The notes under the pieces: model-generated
Seen by the model: the letters and a program-made list of their open reading frames with translations, nothing else
Database searches by the model: none
Told to the model about the DNA's origin: nothing
Made by a program: the position numbers and the translations under genes
Shown: positions 53,921 to 64,000 of the stretch, in pieces
How positions within the stretch are numbered: the first letter of the stretch is position 1
How the letters are laid out: the number at the start of each line of letters is the position of its first letter
Assembly (NCBI RefSeq): GCF_006345805.1
Contig: NW_021833436.1
Span: 1-64,000 of the forward strand
Length of the DNA stretch: 64,000 bases
Direction: 5' to 3'
Source: Octopus sinensis
Taxonomy: Eukaryota

Positions 53921-54852
53921 GAACATGAAAACATGATATACGTTAAACTATTTCTTTATCGCTGCTGAATTATTTCTTTTTGCCACCGAGATCAAGGAAG
54001 AGATTTCGGTATCTAGTTGTGTGACAAAAATAGCAAGAATTAAATTTGAATTAATATATACGGTAGGATATGATTCATGGAAGAGCACGAAATTATTCTT
54101 GACACAAGCACAAAATCTAAAATTTGAGGCGGGTGGCTTGTAGTCTATTACTCTGATTGCAGAGAAATACAAGGTAAAGTTAGCCACGGAGGCATATAGA
54201 TTCAAAATTTAAAAGGCTAGCACAAACACCCCGAATCATTTCCAAAACTCTCGAACAAACTTGGAGTGGAAGTTATAAGGCGTGAATAAATGTAATGTTT
54301 TCTACTGATATTATTATTTATAGTCTACTTTATGATGTTCCCTAACTTTCCTAATAACAATACGTGTGTAGCTGAATATTTTATGAAACCATTAAAAGAG
54401 AAAAAAATAGATAATTAGAAATATAATTATTACAGTAAGTGGTTGTTGTTTTCTAACGTTGTGATTTTACAATCCTAACATTCACACTGATATTTCTCGT
54501 AAGTCATATATTTGGGAAATAGCCTGAACAATTCATCTGTCCGCTCTCTGGACGTTTAAAGTGTGATCTTGCTCTTCAAGATTGACAAATACAATATTTC
54601 TCCAGATATCAGTGTTGTTCAACTAGCTAGAAATAACAGTTAAATTATCTTTTCTTCATGTTTATCGTCACTAGAAAAGATCCCATAAGGCCTCGTGTAG
54701 GTAGTGATCCACTTAAAGACGGATAGTGTCGTGAATGAGATCTTTGGTATTAAGTCACCCGTTGTTCACGGCAAGCCCAATGCTAAATAACAACTAAATA
54801 ACAGCAAATATTCCTACTCCACCTCCACCTCTTCCTCCTCCTCCTCCTCCTC

Positions 54853-54895
<43 letters not shown>

Positions 54896-54911
54896 CACCA
54901 CCACCACCACC

Positions 54912-54985
<74 letters not shown>

Positions 54986-55689
54986 AACGTTAATAAATTT
55001 CTAAAGATGTACTTTGCATTCAGCTTGAAAAGCACTTATATCATAAATATGTGATCAGCTTTCATATTATTCATAACCTTATACTGTAGAATCACGTTGC
55101 AAATTTTCCTAGGAGAAAGAAATATCAATTTTGATGGAAATTTTACAGCTAGTCAATGAGCGATAGTAACTTTCTTTTATTGCATATCGTAATGGCTGTA
55201 AACGATATCGAATATTTGGATTACAAAAGCAAAGTTGTAAACGCAAAAATCATTATCTTTCTTCTCATAAAGAAAATCTATTCCTTCTTAAGCCTTTCAT
55301 TATGATCATCTGTTTTAAAAACAACTAGCAGTATAACACGGCTTTGACCGGGATTAAGTAAGGATTATTAAGCAAATTAAGATCTTTATTTCAAACCAAA
55401 CTAAGTAGCATCTACGTCAAATTTGTGGGAAATTGGTTTATATATATATGGGCAACACAAACACATACACACGCATACGTGCGTACACCTATTGCATACA
55501 AGTTTTTTGCACACATACATGTTCGTGTGTGTGTTTGTGTGTGTGCGTTGCCCGTATATCAATAAAACACCTTTTTCGTCGATTGAAAAATAACAAAAGT
55601 CTTAACAAAACTTACTCGTCGCTAGAAGGGGACTTAACTCCTGTTTGCAAACAATTGTGATTTCTCCGACTTGAAAATTGTTAAAAGTT

Positions 55690-56904
55690 TTGGTTGAAAA
55701 TTTATTTTTTACTGCTATTCACTGGTACCTGGTAAAAATAAGTTGACGAAAATACAGCTAGGATCTGGACGAATATTCTCCTGAAATGTATTGGTGAACA
55801 GTCAACAGCGTTGGAGAGCATAAATATTAACGTTGTAGCTGAGAAAAAGTCAGCTGACATGGAAGACAAGAAAGTAGCTGAATATTGGAAAGATTTACCT
55901 GTATCAAATGCCAGTCTCATGGCTTCTGCTCAAAGTTCTGTGCGCAATGAAATAACAATAAGATCTGATACGGTCATCATGAAAGCGAAGTTATCCCAAA
56001 ATGTGATGGTCTTTGGGAGTGTCTCCAGTAAGGATGACGTCATGCATCCCACATCCTTGAGCAGGGATTAAAGCACAATACATTTAGCTATGCGAAGCTT
56101 CTAGAGACTGTAGTCAAACCCTACCTGAAGAGGGTTGCTACTGGAAAACCATATGTGTGGTGGTAGGATTCGTCGTCTTGCCATACCTCTTGAAATATTC
56201 AAAGTGGTTGTCGTAGAATATCTACGACTTCACCTGCTCCAACTTTGGAGATCCTAATTTCTCCAATTTCCATCCAACGGATTATTACGTGTGGGGCACA
56301 GTTGAGGACACCAACTGCCCTGCCTGCAACACTAAAGCCGTGCTGGTAGCCGAGTTCAAGGAGGTGTCTGAAGCTTTCCCATGTACATATTGAGGAACGC
56401 ATGTGCCAAGTTTCGGAGCTGTCTTGAGGCCGTGATGGAAACTGAGGACGGTATTTTGAGTATACCTTTATCTGCTAGCCATAATGCTGTTATAATGTGG
56501 ATCCTTGTCCCCTTGTATGTTATTGTCGGCACTATAATATTCTTGTCGTCACTATTACGTTGTGGTGGTATTCCACATCTTATTATCTTTGACTCGTCTA
56601 TCGTGCTTTCGCTGATAGCTGCGCAAGACAATAACTTTTAAACGTCTACCTTGACGGTAAACTCGAACTCGTATATATCACGTAACTGACTCAGATTCCA
56701 ACTGAGAACTCTTACAACGACTGTACTACTACTGACTTCCTACAACGATTGACTATCTGGCTTGTCACGGGGAAAGCGGGGTACCATTTTCACTACAACA
56801 ATATTTTGAATATATTTTAAATATATTTTTTTAATTTTTTGATGGAATATTGTGTTTTCTTTTCCTTTTATGCAAACTTTCAAATTTAACCTGAACACCC
56901 TGTA
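55690..56904 (+). mobile_element. maT-like Tc1/mariner remnant in lectin intron 2
   Basis: Degenerate transposase MKAKLSQNVMVFGSVSS..DYYVWG..LRNACAKFRSCLEAV; TIR CAAATTTAACCTGAACACCCTG + TA at 56881-56904. Confidence 0.75.
56496..56797. mobile_element. Possible solo LTR inserted in the maT element
   Basis: TG...CA ends, imperfect 4-bp flanks ATAA/ACAA, absent from the paralogous region at ~3545. Confidence 0.35.
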
Positions 56905-57812
56905 CATTGATTTTTGAAATGTGCTCAAAGCTCAAAGATTTGGGGAGCAAAGATCAATTAAATCGACTTTTGTCACTAGAGAGAACGAAATCCCAAGCCC
57001 AATCTGATTTCAGATAACATCCTGTCGACAAAATCTGAACTCCTGATGTAAAAATTGTGCGTTATAGTCAGAAGGCTTTGTTCTTAACGCATATTTTTCT
57101 ACTTTGATTTTGCAAATTGCAGTATTTTCTTTGCATTAGTTATGATAATATAAGGGTTTTTTTTTTATTTCAATAAAATTGCAGTTCAGTGACTGAAACC
57201 AGCATACATGAATGTTCGGATTGTTTGTTTATTTTACTCGAAACAGGTTTATTTGCATTAAAAGCGTGGAAATGTGTGTTTGAAAACGAAACCTACATCG
57301 TGGGAATTGTTTTAGCCAATTATGCCGATTTGCAAACTTTTTTCAATCCAAGGCACATTCAATTAGGTTCAATACGATAGTCCATTAGATTTTTGAAATG
57401 TTATATACCTGTGTATGCATTATGTTTGCATTTATAAATATTATATAAAAAGGGATATGGGGCCGCGCATTACATTTCGCCACGTTTCAAAATATTTAGC
57501 CGTTTCTCTACTACACTAAAAACGGGGCACACTACCGGATCATATGCAGCTGTTAAGTGTGTTGCAGCAGAGTGAGTGAAAATATGTATGTTGAGTGATC
57601 GATCATTTGACTCGTTCAAAATGCATGATGCAATACAGAATACTCTTTGTCGGCAAAATTAGGGCCGGATGTCATGATTGATTACGGCTACGCCGGGGCT
57701 TAACTACAACAATAACAAGGATAACAAGAAGATACTATAATGGTCAAACATAGATCGAATGATAAGTTTTTGCAAGCTGATTCTTTACTTGTGTTTTATG
57801 TTTGTTTTTCAG

Positions 57813-58045
57813 AACAGTGGCCAGACGTGAGCTTTCATTTTGGATTATGTAGAGATATTGATAAGTACCTCTTGGTATGGCAGAATGGAGAAGCACTTAC
57901 GTTTGGATTCTGGCAGAAGAATAGACCTGACAATTATGGAGGCGATCAGCACTGTGGAGTTTTAACTCATTATAGTAATCACAGATGGAATGATATAAAG
58001 TGTGACGACGAATGGGGATATATATGCGAGATAGTCGTGAGATAA
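57813..58045 (+). CDS. Lectin copy C coding exon 3: C-terminal half of the CTLD
   Basis: Acceptor TTTTTCAG at 57805-57812; [54 protein letters not shown]. Frame is consistent with exons 1 and 2 (762 nt total). Confidence 0.9.
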
Positions 58046-58154
58046 ATGTGTAGCTGAAAAAACCGTAACGCACACGTACACACACATACATATATACGTA
58101 CTCTTATATATATATGTGTGTGCGTGTGTATGTATATATGTGTATATATATATG

Positions 58155-58242
<88 letters not shown>

Positions 58243-58298
58243 GGTGCCCCAGCATGGCCACAGCTCGTGAGCTGAAACTAGATAAAATAAAAGATAAA

Positions 58299-58355
<57 letters not shown>

Positions 58356-58725
58356 CTAGCCAAATTGTCTACTTTTCCTTTCTACTTTAACTTCTCTCCC
58401 TCTCTCTTTTTCTCTCTGTCACTGACTGTCTGTCTGTCTATCTGTTTCTCTCACTTTCACTGTTTCTCTCTCTCTCTCTCGCTATATATATATATATAAA
58501 ACCTCTTCAATCTTTCTCCCTCCCACTCCTCCTCTCTCTTCGCCGCGTGTCCCCCTTCTCCTTCCCTCTTCCTTGCCTATAAAACAAAATTCCTTTACGC
58601 GTGGTTCCCACTATTGAAAAGACTGCCTCCACGCGCTGCTACTACACTTTCGTCCTTGCCAGCAAAAGGCCCTTTCGTTCGTCCCCCTGTGTGGTTGATT
58701 TCCTGTATAGTATTCTTTTTATTTT

Positions 58726-58974
58726 CTCGTTTTGTAACTAATTGTATTTTTTGTACATGTATTTTTATTTTTGCAGTTTTATTGTTTGTCTATGCCAGAA
58801 AAAAAGGCTTTTTCGTTCGTCCTCTTGTGTGTTTGTTTTTGTACATGTATCTCGTTTTGTAACTAATTGTATTTTTTGTATATGTATTTTTATTTTTGCA
58901 GTTTTATTGTTTGTCTATGCCAGAAAAAAGGCTTTTTCGTTCGTCCTCTTGTGTGTTTGTTTTTGTACATGTAT
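58726..58974. repeat. 125-bp tandem duplication
   Basis: Units start CTCGTTTTGTAACTAATTG at 58726 and 58851. Confidence 0.9.
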
Positions 58975-59349
58975 TTTAATTTTGCAGTTTTATTGTTACG
59001 TCTTGTTGTGTTCGTACTCATTTTGCCCCGCTGCTTGGAATTTTATTTTAATTCTCTCGCAGGAAGGCCTATGGATTAGTGTTCTGTCTTGCCTTCGAAA
59101 CATGCCTGACTCCTCTAGCGACAGCTGATGACGGGGGTTTTGTCCTTGTGTAGCTCGTCCTGTATTTGTTTTTCGTTTTCTTGTTTTTTGTTTTCCGTTT
59201 CCGTGTTTTTTGTTTTTTGGTTTTTTCCGTTTCTACGTCTTATTGTGATGTCCTGTACTCCCGTATAATTATTTATATATGCATGTATATATACATGTAG
59301 ATGTAAGTACGTACATATATGTTTGTATGTATGCATATATTTTTATTTA

Positions 59350-59391
<42 letters not shown>

Positions 59392-59804
59392 TAGCGAGAG
59401 AGAGAGATATATATATAAACAGTAAAAGTGAGAGAAACAGATACACAGGAAAAGCAAACAGTTTGGCTAAACTTGTCAAGGATACTTAAATTATATAATA
59501 AAAGGTTTGGATCATCCTGACGAAAATTCCGCGTATCTTTTAAATATATATATATATATGTGTGTGGGGGGGTGTATGTGTGTGTGGGTGTATGTGTGTG
59601 TGTGTGTGTGTAAGAAATAATTAAGATTCAGTTGAATTAGGTACTTCTGTTGAAGCACCATGTCAGTCTGGTGTCATCCGCACAGCTCGAAGTAAGTTGA
59701 GCAAAAAAACAACAACAACAGGATATCAAGTAGTAATGCGGTGCGACCATTTCAAGCGACTCCTTTTAATTGAAGAATTCAATCATTACATCAAATCAAA
59801 TGCA

Positions 59805-61630
59805 GTGCTATCTTCAGCTGCACAATAAAAGAAAAAAATGTATATGGAATTTCAACAGGCAGGGTACATTAATATAAGGTTTCTTAAAATAAGGTTATTT
59901 TAAGTAAGAAGAAAGAAATTCATGTTGTCGCTATTGTAGCAGAAGTGGCTAACAAAAAAAAACAAGCTACAGTTCCCTAGAATAGCATGGAGCTTAGGGG
60001 GTTCATAGGGTTGTAATTCATTTCAAATTTATTTATCTCTTTATCATCTACTAAAATCTGAGATTAGAAGACTGTGTATATTTTGAATAAAGAACAAGAG
60101 TGAGCCGACAGCTCATGGTCATAAATATTACCATAGGTATCTCCTTCCTCCCAAGAGAAAAGAAACAAAACTTTAGGGAAAGTCAATTAGGTAGAAGTAA
60201 TTGTCTGTAAAAAGAGATGGGATAGGGATAGATATTAAATCTTGATGTTAATCACCAGTTAAAGGAGCAAGACACTATGACAAGATGCTCATACAAGGAA
60301 AATATTATTTGGGACACGCTGGGGGAACGTTTAACGACAATACTATTATGTCGTAAAAACATGAAATAAAATTTAAGAGTTCCAGAAAATGATATCATAA
60401 CCAAAAGTGCTAAAGGGTATGTATGTATCAATTATAAACATTAAAAAGGAAGATTACTATTATGTAGAATTAATTTAAATACCCCTTTCTTTAATTAATT
60501 GACTCTTATGTGATTTGTCTAAAGACTGTTCAAGTCACTTACATCTGGAATATCTAGAAAGATATACATATTATCTATTGATTTGAAGCAATGGATCAGA
60601 GCGGGATAATAAAGATAAGGGTAATACATAGACATAATTAAATATAAGGCATATAATCAAAAGTATAAAATAATGCATACAGATACATATAAAAAGAGGA
60701 TTTTTTATACACACACATACACACACACATCTATATATGCATAGAGGGAGAATTCACGAAAAAAAAACACAAGACGAAGACAGGGGTTGTAGAAACAAAC
60801 AGATGTATTAGTATAACGCTCGGGAATTGAAAACGTATTTTACGTTTCGAGCCTACGCTCTTCCACAGAAAGGAACACAGAAAGAAACAAGGAGAGAAAA
60901 AAATGTGAGCCGCGGCTACCGACCTGTCGTGGCGACTGCCGTATATATACATATACACAAGTATATATACGCTTATATGAAAGAATATAGTATAAATATC
61001 TTGCATAGACCAAAGTAACTGAAATATATAAAATTAAGAACAAGACAACAATTTATAAAGGATAAGGTATTTATAAAGGTAATGATATCAAAGTAAGAAA
61101 ACAAGACAATAAGAATTCCTATAAAACAATAAGAAATACATATAAAGAGATAGGGAATTAAATGCTAGAGGCAGGGAAAAGATAAAAGTAACCTAAAAAG
61201 AGAGGGTAATAGGTACGGAAGTAGTGACGGCAATAAAAGGTATTCAAACCGAAGTGGTTTTATAAGATGTAATATTACAGATGTTATTGTATGTATGGTT
61301 TTATAGTTCCTGGGGCGTATAGGATTTAGTCAAGGGAGACTTACTTTTATATCACTACAAATACATAATACGACTAGTAGGGTAGAAATTCATAGAAAGG
61401 GAAAATAGTGTAATCGCCAAAATAGGGTGAAGTAAGACTAACCAGGCAGGGGTTATCATGGGATAATAATACACATAGCATACCATATAGCCACCCCTGC
61501 TACAATAGCGACAACATGAATTTCTTCCATCTTCTTACCCTCTTAAAATATTTAAGAATATTAATGTATCCTACCTGTTGAAATTCCACATATATTTTTT
61601 TGTGTGTGCAGCTGAAGACAGCCCTGCAGT
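59805..61630. repeat. Region bounded by ~145-bp imperfect inverted repeats (59805-59955 / 61488-61630); probable decayed PLE
   Basis: AAATTCATGTTGTCGCTATTGTAGCAG versus CTGCTACAATAGCGACAACATGAATTT; CTGAAGA core-like motif in the arms. Confidence 0.6.
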
Positions 61631-61927
61631 TAAATTGATGCAATGATTGCATTGTTTAATCAAACTTTATATATATATTATATAAGTATGGATTTGTATG
61701 TCGGTATATGTAAATATATATACATACACGTACGTGCCTGTGTATGTGTAAGTGTGTGTGCGTGCGTGTATATATATAAACATACATATGAGTATACTCG
61801 TGTGTGTATTTGTGCGCATGCATTTTTATATATACGAAAATTTATATATACGAAGACGGATACTAATGAGTGTGCATGTGTGTGAATGCGCGTGAACATA
61901 TATAAGCTTGTATGCGTGTATATGTGT

Positions 61928-61977
<50 letters not shown>

Positions 61978-62809
61978 TTATATATATCCATGTTTGGGTA
62001 CGTATGTTTGTATACATATTCACACACATACATATTTTTGTTTCCTACTAATCTACCACATATGTCTATTTATAGCAATTTCGACTCCCTTATATTCTTC
62101 ATTCCACCTCAATTTTTACTACCAGAACCAATACCCACTTACATATCACCCCACCCTTACCTTCTCTCTACCTTTTCTGTACCCATCCCTTAATACAGCT
62201 CTATCACACCACCCCTACTCACATATCTTACGCTCTTTTACTCCTTACCCTCTCATATCTACCTCTCTCCCCCTCTCGTCTCCCTTCCTCCTATCACTTT
62301 ATTCTGACCTCTAGCTAACACTCCCCTTCACCTCTCCCTTCCTCCTATCACTTTATTATGGCCACTAGCTAACACACCCTCTCTCATTTCGTCCCATCTC
62401 TCTTCATTTCTTTTTGTCTCCCCTTCCCATTTTGCTTCTCCTCTTTTCCCTCCCATTCTCTCTTCCAGTCTTTCATTTGACCTGCTTCCTCTCTCTAATC
62501 ATATACATCTCTCCTCCGTCTATATATCCATTAACACTACACTTTAAAAAAAACTCGATCGACCAACACTGTTTACAAGGCTCTATGCTTGGAATGACCA
62601 AATATAACTACCATTGGAACTCACACACCAGGTCAAGAACATTTCTTACCCAAAACATTTTTTCAGCACTTATATACACCATTCTACTTGAATAATGTAA
62701 CTGCAAATACAAAATCCTTATGTATCTCACTTCTATATTCATTCTCTTACTTCCCTCTGTATTTCGTATCTTCTCTACAATAATTAATATTCAAACATTT
62801 TCTCGCACC

Positions 62810-62857
62810 GTCTCTGCTGAAAGGATATATAAAATATTCCGGAAACAGCTGTAAGAC
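62810..62857 (+). ncRNA. Hammerhead-like motif with variant core CTGCTGA
   Basis: Stem I GTCT/AGAC, weak stem II GGATAT..ATATTCC, GAAA, palindromic stem III ACAGCTGT, triplet GTA. Confidence 0.5.
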
Positions 62858-62922
62858 CTTTTCTTAATAAATGCTATGAAATCTAATTATTGCCTTGGAA
62901 TTTTTATCACATTCTGCCAATT

Positions 62923-62991
<69 letters not shown>

Positions 62992-62998
62992 ATATATG

Positions 62999-63031
<33 letters not shown>

Positions 63032-63038
63032 ACATATT

Positions 63039-63072
<34 letters not shown>

Positions 63073-63097
63073 CGTGTGCGTATGTGTATATATATAT

Positions 63098-63297
63098 ATA
63101 TTGTTGTATTTAGGAATGGTCATTTTGCCAGTTTAGTCAATAAAAACACACGTACTATATATTTGGTGTTACTTTGCTCCAGCGTTATTTATTTTTACAT
63201 TAATCTTAATCTTATCTTGGCCAGAGATCTTCCGTCACACTTCTGTGACCTCATCAGTGGTCCTTTGCAAAATGACCATTTCTAAATACAACAATAT
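63098..63297 (-). repeat. Short element with ~31-bp terminal inverted repeats containing a degenerate hammerhead (63219-63263, -)
   Basis: ATATTGTTGTATTTAGGAATGGTCATTTTGC / GCAAAATGACCATTTCTAAATACAACAATAT; minus strand GGACCA-CTGATGA-GGTCACAGAAGTGTGAC-GGAAGATCTC-TGGCC. Confidence 0.6.
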
Positions 63298-63617
63298 CTG
63301 TTTCAACACATGATTTCATATCAAAAATATTGCAAAACAATTATATAAATGTATATATATATATATATATAAATTTATATATGAGGATAATATCGATATT
63401 TAAGTGTCGAAATTATCAAGTGGCCAGCATGAAAGAAATACCTTACAAAGGTAAAAAAATTTTTAACAATTAAAAATGAGGGTGTCTAAAAGACACCAAC
63501 ATGCCGAAATAGCAGTCGAAATTCTGACTATAAAACCACGTTAAATGTTCATATCGCACCATGAGGTAAAGCGGAGGGACAAAACATACAAGCAAAAATT
63601 ATTGAATAATTCCAGAT

Positions 63618-64000
63618 CCAAGGATTTCTGGTTCTGCTTTAAATAAGCTTTACCGTCATCAATTGAATATATCAAGGGTACATAAATACAGATATATATA
63701 TGCACAGCAAACGATATACTTACATATACGAGCGACGCACATACATACATATGCACGTATGGACACAGGTCGAAGTTATTATATTCACTGCGGTGCTTAT
63801 TTTAACCATATCGTTATTATGCGGTGATTTGGCGGGCAATTCAAACTGGCTGTGTCCATACGTGCATATGTATGTATGTGCGTCGCTCGTATATGTAAGT
63901 ATATCGTTTGCTGTGCATATATATATCTGTATTTATGTACCCTTGATATATTCAATTGCTGACAGTAAAGCTTATTTAAAGCAGAATTAGAAATCCTTGG
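63618..64000. repeat. Fold-back inverted repeat (arms of at least 150 bp, 81-bp spacer) running off the window end
   Basis: 63618-63768 is the near-perfect reverse complement of 63850-64000. Confidence 0.9.

Overview
AT-rich eukaryotic (animal) genomic DNA, dense in microsatellites and transposons. The tRNA-derived SINEs and repeat content suggest an octopus or other coleoid cephalopod (inference). The host-gene content is a + strand tandem array of secreted PAN/apple-domain + C-type lectin genes. It has one terminal exon from an upstream copy (4529-4767), one pseudogene copy interrupted at codon 2 by a pogo transposon (26828-29255), and one apparently intact copy with 3 coding exons (43615-58045, 253 aa when spliced). 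The rest is mostly decayed mobile DNA: CR1-type, L1/Tx1 and R4/Dong LINEs (the last stacked in (AAT)n tracts), mariner, maT-like and pogo transposons, a Helitron, a Gypsy fragment, SINEs, and Penelope-like element (PLE) remnants. The PLE remnants carry several distinct minimal hammerhead-ribozyme motifs, some with non-canonical cores. A ~2.8 kb C-depleted, ~17% GC island in lectin intron 2 is unexplained. Most short ORFs in the track are microsatellite or antisense artefacts. All alignments, folds and base counts were done by eye.
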